Shown piece by piece: positions 36,250 to 44,110 of a stretch of 64,000 nucleotides of DNA; position 1 is the first letter of the stretch, and each line of letters opens with the position of its first letter. The stretch is from Acidimicrobiaceae bacterium (GTDB lineage: Bacteria > Actinomycetota > Acidimicrobiia > Acidimicrobiales > RAAP-2): the NCBI GenBank assembly GCA_947372925.1, contig CANBVQ010000001.1, positions 54,286-118,285 of the forward strand. The letters run 5' to 3'. Below the pieces are notes generated by a model, which worked only from the letters and a program-made list of their open reading frames with translations, was not told the DNA's origin and ran no database searches. The translations under genes and the position numbers were made by a program.

Positions 36250-37757
36250 CCTTGTGCGCCACCCACCGCGCGGAGAATCGCCTCAGCCTTCGCCATGCAC
36301 TCTTCATCTTCTGCATGAGGATCTGAGTCCCATACGATTCCGGCACCGGTCTGAACGGAACCCTTTCCATCTGCGCCAATGACGAGCGTCCGAATCAAAA
36401 TCGCGGCGTCAAAGTTGCCCCTGGAATCGAAGTAGCCCACTGCGCCGCCGTAAAGACCGCGTTGCTGAGGTTCCATCTCAGTAATGAGCTCCATGGCGCG
36501 AACCTTCGGTGCACCCGAGAGAGTCCCGGCGGGAAACGTAGCCCGCAGGACGTCCACGGGGTCGATATCCTCACGCAACTCGCCTGATACTTCGGAGGTG
36601 AGGTGCATGATGTGGCTGTAGGTCTCCACTGTCATCAACTCGTCGACACGAACGGTGCCGTACTTAGATACACGCCCAATGTCGTTACGACCCAGGTCCA
36701 CCAGCATCACGTGCTCGGCAATCTCCTTGGGGTCTTCTTGCAGCGAAGCAGCGCGTTGGGCATTTTCAACCTCATTCGCCCCGCGAGGCCGCGAACCAGC
36801 AATAGGTCGAGTTGTCACCCGTCCATTTCGCACGTGCACGAGCGCTTCGGGCGACGAGCCAACGATGGTCAATGGCTCGCCCACAACACCTTGAGACTGC
36901 ACAAAGTAGAGATAACTAGAAGGATTAACTTGTCTCAAAACGCGATAGACCTCAAAAGGGTCGCGAATTTCACCCATGTCAAAACGTTGAGAGAGGACGA
37001 TCTGGAACACTTCGCCCGCGGCGATCTGTTCCTTGGCTTCCTTCACCATGTTTTGGAAGGCCTCCGAAGAGACCGTCCGCGTATGGCGCGCGATTGGCAG
37101 TGCCGATCGGTCACGATGCATTCGAAGGTACTGCTCGGTCGGTTCGGACAGCGTCTGAAGGATCTCTTCGAAACGGGAGAGATAGCTCTCAAAATCCAAA
37201 TCCTGACGGGAATCGGCATTGATGATGATGGTGATGGTCTGACGCCAGTGGTCGAAGACCAACATCTCCCCCACCGCCATCAACAGGGCGTCGGGATGTC
37301 CGGGGCCCGCATTCTTACGGGCGGGCAAACTCTCTACGGCCCGAACTGCATCCCATCCGAAGACACCAACGACGCCTGACACGAAAGGAATATGCGAAGT
37401 TCCGACACCGATGGTCGGCGCCACTTTGTGCGCCTTCAAATAGTCACTAGATCGCTGGAAGGGATCGTCGGTTACATCATCCGCTAGTCGACCACTCGAT
37501 GACGTCGAAGACGCATCTTGATAGGCGACGCCGATGGTCCGGAGACCCACAAAGGAGAACCTCCCGAATCGCTGACCCTCTTCTACGGACTCGAGCAGAA
37601 ACTTCTCTGCAACATCTGAAAATCTCTCAAACGCGCTTACGGGCGTCAGGCTGTCCGAGTGAATCTCAATAGCTATCGGCACGATGTCATGCGCGGTTCG
37701 TTCGGCCAAAAACGTCGACTCCAGCGGAGCTAGTAGAGATCGAAAATCTGGAATCAT
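36246..37757 (-). CDS. trpE: Anthranilate synthase component I
   Basis: FLLESVE...GRFSF, GEVFQIVLSQRF, GSSPEAL, PIAGSRPRG, EHVMLVDLGRND, FPAGTLSGAPKVRAM. Confidence 0.9.
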   Translation of the reverse strand: MIPDFRSLLAPLESTFLAERTAHDIVPIAIEIHSDSLTPVSAFERFSDVAEKFLLESVEEGQRFGRFSFVGLRTIGVAYQDASSTSSSGRLADDVTDDPFQRSSDYLKAHKVAPTIGVGTSHIPFVSGVVGVFGWDAVRAVESLPARKNAGPGHPDALLMAVGEMLVFDHWRQTITIIINADSRQDLDFESYLSRFEEILQTLSEPTEQYLRMHRDRSALPIARHTRTVSSEAFQNMVKEAKEQIAAGEVFQIVLSQRFDMGEIRDPFEVYRVLRQVNPSSYLYFVQSQGVVGEPLTIVGSSPEALVHVRNGRVTTRPIAGSRPRGANEVENAQRAASLQEDPKEIAEHVMLVDLGRNDIGRVSKYGTVRVDELMTVETYSHIMHLTSEVSGELREDIDPVDVLRATFPAGTLSGAPKVRAMELITEMEPQQRGLYGGAVGYFDSRGNFDAAILIRTLVIGADGKGSVQTGAGIVWDSDPHAEDEECMAKAEAILRAVGGAQG

Positions 37758-38083
37758 TAGAGATACATGCCCGTCTCTTGAGTTGAGTCATCTTTCATCA
37801 CGACGTGGAGATCACGTTCACGAAGCAAGATGAACTCCTCACCTTCAATATCGACCTCGTACCGCTCTTCTGAACCGAAGAGAACCCGGTCACCTACGCG
37901 AACACTTCGCACGTGGGGGCCCACTGCCTTGACCTTCGCCCACACCAGTCGTTTGGCGATTTGCGCCGTTGCGGGTATCAAGATCCCTGCACGACTTCGG
38001 CGCTCTCCGTCATCGTCCACGGCCACCAGGACACGGTCAAACAGCACTGAAATCTTGCTGAGGGCGGGTGTTTCGGTGGTCAC
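37757..38083 (-). CDS. Orphan co-chaperonin GroES/Cpn10 paralogue
   Basis: DRVLV, GILIPATA mobile loop, VKAVGP, VRVGDRVLF, FILLRERDL; C-terminal TGMYL tail. Confidence 0.85.
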   Translation of the reverse strand: MTTETPALSKISVLFDRVLVAVDDDGERRSRAGILIPATAQIAKRLVWAKVKAVGPHVRSVRVGDRVLFGSEERYEVDIEGEEFILLRERDLHVVMKDDSTQETGMYL

Positions 38084-38105
38084 TCCCTAACGCTACTAGC
38101 GCCCC

Positions 38106-38330
38106 ATGCACCAGATTGCTCGGAAAGCACAGCAAACTAGTCCAGTGACCCTGCATCATGAAATCGACACCCTGACTTCGTCCATGACGGAGATGAGCCA
38201 AAGAATCTCGGCGCTCGTGGAAGGTGGCAAGGATCTGACCGGAGACGTGTACGTGGAGCTCGTGGCCGTTGAGCGCACTGTGGGCACCTTGGTTCGCCGG
38301 CTTGAGCGCCTGGGCAGCCGACTCTCATAA
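38106..38330 (+). CDS. Small hypothetical helical protein (74 aa)
   Basis: Fills the gap between groES and mshD; amphipathic helix-turn-helix pattern; start uncertain. Confidence 0.55.
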   Translation: MHQIARKAQQTSPVTLHHEIDTLTSSMTEMSQRISALVEGGKDLTGDVYVELVAVERTVGTLVRRLERLGSRLS

Positions 38331-38346
38331 CCCTTAGATTGCAGAT

Positions 38347-39183
38347 GTGAGTACCGACTGGCGTTACACCGAGACACTCGGCCCGGAGGAACGTCTGGCC
38401 ATTCTGGGACTGCTGAACAGCCTGGACGTATCACTAGGTCGCGAGGCAATCGATGAGAACCGTCGTCGCTTAGTCCAGCACAATCTTCCAGGACATTTCT
38501 GGGTTCAGTTCGAAGGAGTGACGCCTCGGGGCTTTGCGAATGTTGACCTCACTGCTCACCCGAGCGTTGAAATGGCTGGTGGCGGCTACGACGCCGAGTT
38601 GTGCGAACTCATTTCCCGAAGGCATCCTTCATTCGATTGGTGGCTACGCGACACCCACGACGATCATCAGTCACAAAATCAAGTACGTGCGCTGAGATAC
38701 ATGGAATCGAACAAAGTCCACCAAGGGCTCGATGATCCGTCGGTTGAAATACGGAGCTTTCGCCCCGAGAGGGACGCCGATCAATGGCTCGCCCAGAACA
38801 ATGCGGCATTCGCTAATCACCCAGAACAAGGCACGTGGGACCTCGAGACATTGCACGTCCGGATCACCGAACCATGGTTTGACCCATCCGGCTTTCTCCT
38901 GCTGCTCGAAGGCGAAGACATTGTGGCCTCTTGCTGGACGAAGATTCACGAATTCAATACCATCCGCACGGGAGAGATTTACGTGATTTCGGTGCATCCC
39001 GACCATCAAGGCAAGGGTCTCGGGGCGGCTGCGCTTCGTGCCGGGCTCACCTCCATTCACTCTCGTGGAGTGCATCGAGCGTCACTGTACGTCGATGACA
39101 CCAACGAACAAGCAATTTCTATGTACCAGCAGCACGGCTTTCAAACGGTCCGCATGGATCGAGTGCTGCGAATTACCCACTAG
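38347..39183 (+). CDS. mshD: Mycothiol synthase (tandem GNAT acetyltransferase)
   Basis: NNAAFANHPEQG, EPWFDPSGF, CWTKIH, GEIYVISVHPDHQGKGLG, LYVDDTN...Y...GF. Confidence 0.88.
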   Translation: MSTDWRYTETLGPEERLAILGLLNSLDVSLGREAIDENRRRLVQHNLPGHFWVQFEGVTPRGFANVDLTAHPSVEMAGGGYDAELCELISRRHPSFDWWLRDTHDDHQSQNQVRALRYMESNKVHQGLDDPSVEIRSFRPERDADQWLAQNNAAFANHPEQGTWDLETLHVRITEPWFDPSGFLLLLEGEDIVASCWTKIHEFNTIRTGEIYVISVHPDHQGKGLGAAALRAGLTSIHSRGVHRASLYVDDTNEQAISMYQQHGFQTVRMDRVLRITH

Positions 39184-39875
39184 CCAACGAAGTGACCGAC
39201 CAGGTAGGTCACTCCCGCTGCGAATCCTGATATCACCAAGAACCGTGCCGCTGAACGGAACACTCCTCGGCCCGTCAAACGACCAATGCCTCCGCCCAGA
39301 ATCACCGCGGAAGCCGCACCGAGGCCTACCGACACACCGATGGGTTTGCCACTCGAAGTGACCAACCATGGAACCAGCGGGATGAGTGCTCCAAATCCAA
39401 AGGCGACAAGAGAACCAGTGGCGGCACGGCCAGGCGAACCGACTGAAGAAGGGTCGATACCGAGCTCTTCACGGGTGTGAGTGATGAGGGCCAGTTCTGG
39501 ATCCTTCATCAGTTCGTCAGCCAACTTGCCAGCCAGATCAGGGTCTACCCCACGAGATTCAAACAGCTCTACAAGCTCTAGACGCTCTTCCATCGGCGAC
39601 TCCGCCAGACTGCGACGCTCAATCTCGATCTCTCGCTCAAACAGTTCTTTCTGCGCGCGTACGGACAAATACTCTCCGCTTGCCATTGAGAATCCCCCGG
39701 CAACGAGTCCTGCAATACCCGCGAGACGGATTGCATCGTGGGTAGCCGAATGGGAACCCGCAATACCGAGCATCAGGGAAACATTGGTAACGAGTCCGTC
39801 AGCCATGCCAAAGATTGAGGCGCGTGCCCATCCGTCGGCTAGTTGACGATGCTGCTCTACGTGTTTGTCGGCCAT
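39180..39875 (-). CDS. VIT1/CCC1-family Fe2+/Mn2+ transporter
   Basis: IFGMADGLVTN, AGLVAGGFSMASGEYLSV, HTREELG, FGFGALIPL. Confidence 0.92.
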   Translation of the reverse strand: MADKHVEQHRQLADGWARASIFGMADGLVTNVSLMLGIAGSHSATHDAIRLAGIAGLVAGGFSMASGEYLSVRAQKELFEREIEIERRSLAESPMEERLELVELFESRGVDPDLAGKLADELMKDPELALITHTREELGIDPSSVGSPGRAATGSLVAFGFGALIPLVPWLVTSSGKPIGVSVGLGAASAVILGGGIGRLTGRGVFRSAARFLVISGFAAGVTYLVGHFVG

Positions 39876-39936
39876 ATATTGAGGCTACCCGAGCAACTCT
39901 TTCCAAGACCGGTAGAGTGCTACGAAGGAGGTAGTT

Positions 39937-40392
39937 ATGGCTACGCATGTTGAGAGTATGGACGCTTACAAGGCACTCGTTGGGACCCATTTGGGTTATT
40001 CCGACTACATCACCGTGACCCAAGAACAGGTCAATAAGTTCGCTGACGCCACTGGCGATCACCAGTGGATTCACGTAGACCCCGAACGCGCCAAGTCCAG
40101 CCCCTTTGGTGGCCCAATTGCTCACGGCTATCTCACCCTCTCACTAATCCCAGTTCTGATGGGCCAAGTAGTCCGCGTTGACGGCGTCACGATGGGCGTT
40201 AACTACGGAACGAACAAAGTTCGCTTCCCAGCCCCAGTCCCAGTCGGATCAGAGATTCGCCTGGGTGCTGCAGTGGCCGAAGTCGAAGAGATTGGTGGTG
40301 GCATCCAAGTTGCCCTTGACGTCACCATCGAGGTCAAAGACGCGCCAAAGCCTTCGTGCGTAGCGCAAGTTGTCTTCCGCTACTACAAGTAA
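39937..40392 (+). CDS. MaoC-family (hydratase-2) dehydratase, HtdZ-like
   Basis: FADATGDHQWIHVD, PFGGPIAHGYLTLS, NYGTNKVRFPAPV; strong SD GGAGG. Confidence 0.9.
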   Translation: MATHVESMDAYKALVGTHLGYSDYITVTQEQVNKFADATGDHQWIHVDPERAKSSPFGGPIAHGYLTLSLIPVLMGQVVRVDGVTMGVNYGTNKVRFPAPVPVGSEIRLGAAVAEVEEIGGGIQVALDVTIEVKDAPKPSCVAQVVFRYYK

Positions 40393-40394
40393 CC

Positions 40395-41087
40395 GTGGCC
40401 CGTTTCGAGCTTCCCGAGGGAGAGGCGAAGACTAAGACCGTGCGTCGCATGTTCGACGCCATCGCCCCTCGATACGAGCTCGTAAACCACATAATTACCT
40501 TCGGTCTCGATCGCCGCTGGCGTAAACGGGCCCTTCGAGACGCTGGGCTCCCAGTGGGGAGCACAATCCTCGACGTTGCTGCAGGCACTGGAGACTTCTG
40601 TCGTGAAGCCGCCAAGGTAGGTTTTATCCCTTACGCCACAGATCTCAGTTTTGGCATGATGGATGCAGGGGGAGATTTCGCTCCTCGCACCCAAGCTGAT
40701 GCGGCGCATCTCCCCTTTGTCGATGGCGCATTCGACGGACTGACGTGTGGCTACGCGCTGCGAAACTTCACCGACCTAGCTGAGTCCATCCGCGAAATGG
40801 GCCGCGTCGTTCGCCCTGGTGGTCGGATCGTCTTTCTTGAAGTCGCCGAGCCCAAGGGTGGCCTCTGGAAGCTTGGCTTCACTATTTGGTTCAGGGGTGT
40901 TGTGCCTATCATCGGAGGCCTGTTGGCCGACCGAGCGGCGTACGGTTACTTGCCGAAATCAACGGCGTACCTGCCCGCCACCAACGAGATCATTCAGATG
41001 ATGGTTGACGGTGGTATGTCCACCGTCAACCATCGACTCATTCTCGGTGGCCTTTCTCAGCAGTTCACAGCAACGAAAGCGCTATGA
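40395..41087 (+). CDS. menG: Demethylmenaquinone methyltransferase (UbiE/MenG)
   Basis: MFDAIAPRYELVN...FGLDRRWR, LDVAAGTGD, DAAHLPF, YALRN, RVVRPGG, AYGYLPKS. GTG at 40395. Confidence 0.9.
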   Translation: MARFELPEGEAKTKTVRRMFDAIAPRYELVNHIITFGLDRRWRKRALRDAGLPVGSTILDVAAGTGDFCREAAKVGFIPYATDLSFGMMDAGGDFAPRTQADAAHLPFVDGAFDGLTCGYALRNFTDLAESIREMGRVVRPGGRIVFLEVAEPKGGLWKLGFTIWFRGVVPIIGGLLADRAAYGYLPKSTAYLPATNEIIQMMVDGGMSTVNHRLILGGLSQQFTATKAL

Positions 41088-42292
41088 GATTCACTGCAAC
41101 GCGAGTTTCGGAGGATTTTGTCAATCGAGCCGTGGAGCAAGCCACGCTAAGCGGTTGGCTCGTACAAGATGGTTCATCTCTGCGTTGTGGTTTCGGTTCA
41201 CCAGTTGCCAGCCGTACCTGCGACTCACTTGCTGAGTTGCCAGCCGCCTTGGATCTGTTTCGAGACATCGACGAACCTCATGCGCCGTTGCTCACAGCGT
41301 TTTCCAGTGTTCCCTTCGATCGCAACGGAGCATTTGAAGTTGTGATTCCAAGGTTTCAGGTCATTTCAGATGACGTTGCTGGTGACTGGTTTCTTGCCCC
41401 CGAAAATGAGACGTGGAGCGAAACCAGCGAACCAGCGCGGCCCTCCCTTCTCCCAAAGCAGGTCAGTTTTCGCTACTCCCCCTCACCCGACCACTACGCC
41501 GCCGCTGTGGCCGAAGCGGTGGAGAGGCTCCGGGAAGGAACCCTTCAAAAAGTTGTGTTGGCCCGGAGCTGCCAGGGTGAACTTTCAGCTGACATCAACA
41601 CCTCGGCCATTGCCACCAGGCTCCATAATCTCGAACCAAGTTGCACCATCTATGCAATGCCGACACCTGACGGATGCCGGTTCACCGGAGCGAGCCCGGA
41701 GCTTCTGGTATCCAAATTTGGTCGATCTGTGCACTGTCACCCGCTCGCGGGAACAATCAGCATCGAAGGAATGGCCGACGCAACGGCCTACACCAAGTGG
41801 CTGCACGGCTCACCAAAAAATCGCGTAGAGCATCGAATTGTCGTTGATGAGATTGTCGCTCATCTCACGGACCTCTGCGACTCCATCGTCGCCGACAATG
41901 AACCCTCCATAGTGCCGCTTCGCTCAGTTGCCCACCTTGGGACTGACATTGCAGCGGTGGCTAAGGACGACGTCACAATCCTGAACCTGTTGGCGAGCCT
42001 CCATCCCACTCCCGCGGTAGGTGGCCTCCCACGCGAAGTGGCTGAAGCGCTGATCGACGAACTCGAACCTTTCCGTCGAGGCGCCTACGCCGGCGCGGTG
42101 GGCTGGTTCAATGCCTTGGGTGACGGAGCATGGTGGGTCGCCATTCGCGGCATATTGACGAGCGGTCCCCATTTCGAAGTGTGGGCCGGTGCGGGAATCG
42201 TCGCTGATTCAGATCCGATTGCCGAACGCGAAGAGACTAAATACAAGATGGATTCCGTACTTCACGCCATCGGGCTGGGAACGCTTAATTAA
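41084..42292 (+). CDS. menF: Isochorismate synthase
   Basis: KVVLARS, FTGASPELL, PLAGT, KNRVEHRIVV, LHPTPAVGG, YAGAVGW, AGAGIV...E. Confidence 0.88.
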   Translation: MRFTATRVSEDFVNRAVEQATLSGWLVQDGSSLRCGFGSPVASRTCDSLAELPAALDLFRDIDEPHAPLLTAFSSVPFDRNGAFEVVIPRFQVISDDVAGDWFLAPENETWSETSEPARPSLLPKQVSFRYSPSPDHYAAAVAEAVERLREGTLQKVVLARSCQGELSADINTSAIATRLHNLEPSCTIYAMPTPDGCRFTGASPELLVSKFGRSVHCHPLAGTISIEGMADATAYTKWLHGSPKNRVEHRIVVDEIVAHLTDLCDSIVADNEPSIVPLRSVAHLGTDIAAVAKDDVTILNLLASLHPTPAVGGLPREVAEALIDELEPFRRGAYAGAVGWFNALGDGAWWVAIRGILTSGPHFEVWAGAGIVADSDPIAEREETKYKMDSVLHAIGLGTLN

Positions 42293-43007
42293 GGCGTGGT
42301 CCGCCAACGAGTCGCGCAACTCCCCATTTGGTGACCATCCAGAGAGCCTCTGTGACGATCGCGCGAGACATTTTTGATTCGCCCTCGGTGCGATCGGTGA
42401 ACGAGATCGGATGCTCAACGATTGTTGCTCCACCGCGCCGAGCTCGATACGTCATCTCAATTTGAAAGCCATACCCATCGGCTTTCACGTGACTGTAGTT
42501 AATCTTCTCCAGCGCGCTCGCCTGATAGACCCGATATCCAGCTGTTGAATCCGAGACGCCGAGGCCCAGCATCATGGAGGCATAGCGATTGCCTCCCTTG
42601 GACAGCAACAGCCTGCTTGTTGACCACGAGGGTATGGACCCTCCGGGGATATACCGAGAACCGATGACCACTTCATAGTCAGCAGCCAGGGCCAGCATTG
42701 TTGGAAGTTCACGCGGGTCGTGAGAGAAATCGCAATCGATCTCAACAAAGGCGTCGAACTGGTGTTCTAGGCCCCATGCAAAACCGGCTCGATATGCGCT
42801 GCCAAGTCCGCTCTTGCCAGTCCGCTTAAGAACTTCAATGCTGCCTAGCTCGAGGCCAACGCGTTCAGCGACATCAGCGGTACCGTCAGGGCTTCCGTCA
42901 TCCACAACCAAAATCTGCTCGTTGGGGACAATTGAACGAATCGCACGCAACATTCGCTCAATATTTTCGATTTCGTTATACGTGGGCAAAACCACTAACG
43001 CCTTCAT
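42285..43007 (-). CDS. ppm1: Polyprenol monophosphomannose synthase (GT2), stand-alone without an Lnt domain
   Basis: LPTYNE, VDDGSPDGT, KSGLGSAY, IDCDFSH, VIGSRY, DSTAGYR, GYGFQIE, ESKMS. Confidence 0.88.
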   Translation of the reverse strand: MKALVVLPTYNEIENIERMLRAIRSIVPNEQILVVDDGSPDGTADVAERVGLELGSIEVLKRTGKSGLGSAYRAGFAWGLEHQFDAFVEIDCDFSHDPRELPTMLALAADYEVVIGSRYIPGGSIPSWSTSRLLLSKGGNRYASMMLGLGVSDSTAGYRVYQASALEKINYSHVKADGYGFQIEMTYRARRGGATIVEHPISFTDRTEGESKMSRAIVTEALWMVTKWGVARLVGGPRLN

Positions 43008-43081
43008 TTAAGCAAATCTAGTCGTATAAAGCGGGTTGAGTGTTCCCATTTCGCGATGATTTGTGCAACGCTGTAGGGAGC

Positions 43082-44110
43082 ATGTCAGAGGAAATCAACC
43101 CAAAACGCCGTTTCAAGGTTCCTCGCCATGTGCGACGGGTGTTGAGCGTTGGCATTCTCATCTTCATCTTCGAATATCTGGTTCTCCCGCAGTTCGGGAC
43201 GGCCAAGAAATCTCTGCATCTTCTGAGTGACGTCAATCCCGTTCTGCTGGTTCTCGCCGTCCTGGTTGAAGCAGCGGCGATTGCCTCATACTCCGAGTTA
43301 ACGAGGACAGTATTTACGCCTCATGCGCCCAAACGCTTCGAGACAAACAGGATCAATCTCTCTACTTTGGCATTGAGCCATGTGCTACCCGGCGGTACCG
43401 CACCTGCCAGTGCGCTGTCATATCGCCTCTTTAGTGAAGCGGGCGTGCCTGCTTCGACAAACGCCTTTGGACTAGCGGCTCAGGGAAGTGGATCGGCCGT
43501 TGTTCTCAACATCATTTTTTGGATTGCACTCGTGATTTCTATTCCGCTACGCGGCTTTAACCCCGCCTACGGATTCGCCGCCCTCGTAGGCGTATTCCTC
43601 ATGCTCGCCTTCTTCGGCACTATTGCCCTCTTAACTCGTGGGCAGCACAGAGCTGACGCGTGGTTACGTGCCACGGTGGGTCGAATTCCACGAGTTGATC
43701 CCGAAACCATCACCAGGCTCTTGACGCACGTCGCAGAACGCATCACGATGCTGACATCTAATCGGGCGATTCTCTGGACTTCCTTGGGCTGGGCGGCCGC
43801 GAATTGGCTGCTTGACGCGGCCAGTCTTTGGATCTTCGTCTACGCCTTTGGGTATGCCCTCTCGCCTATCGACCTACTCGTAGCCTTCGGTCTCGCCAAC
43901 GTCCTCGCGGTGGTTCCAATCACTCCAGCTGGCCTCGGGTTAATCGAGTTCATCTTGATTCCCACCATTGTGGGCTTTGGCGTGCCGCAGCAGGCGGCAA
44001 CTCTCGCCGTTCTCGCGTATCGATTTGTTAACTTCTGGCTACCAATCCCAATTGGTGGCGCGGCGTATCTCTCGCTTGAGTGGCGCCGAGGCAAGTCGCA
44101 AACCGCTTAG
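43082..44110 (+). CDS. UPF0104/YbhN-family (lysylphosphatidylglycerol synthase TM domain) membrane protein, flippase-like
   Basis: About 8 TM segments; SHVLPGG; VPITPAGLGLIE...LAYRFVNFWLPIPIG. ATG at 43082 after GGGAG. Confidence 0.85.
   Translation: MSEEINPKRRFKVPRHVRRVLSVGILIFIFEYLVLPQFGTAKKSLHLLSDVNPVLLVLAVLVEAAAIASYSELTRTVFTPHAPKRFETNRINLSTLALSHVLPGGTAPASALSYRLFSEAGVPASTNAFGLAAQGSGSAVVLNIIFWIALVISIPLRGFNPAYGFAALVGVFLMLAFFGTIALLTRGQHRADAWLRATVGRIPRVDPETITRLLTHVAERITMLTSNRAILWTSLGWAAANWLLDAASLWIFVYAFGYALSPIDLLVAFGLANVLAVVPITPAGLGLIEFILIPTIVGFGVPQQAATLAVLAYRFVNFWLPIPIGGAAYLSLEWRRGKSQTA

Noticed and set aside
36603-37379. 258-aa ORF antisense to trpE
   Set aside because: Shadow ORF mirroring codon bias; no recognisable domain, SD or promoter.
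37757-38105. trp attenuator or Trp-rich leader peptide
   Set aside because: trpE is directly coupled to the GroES-like ORF; no Trp-codon run or terminator hairpin is present.
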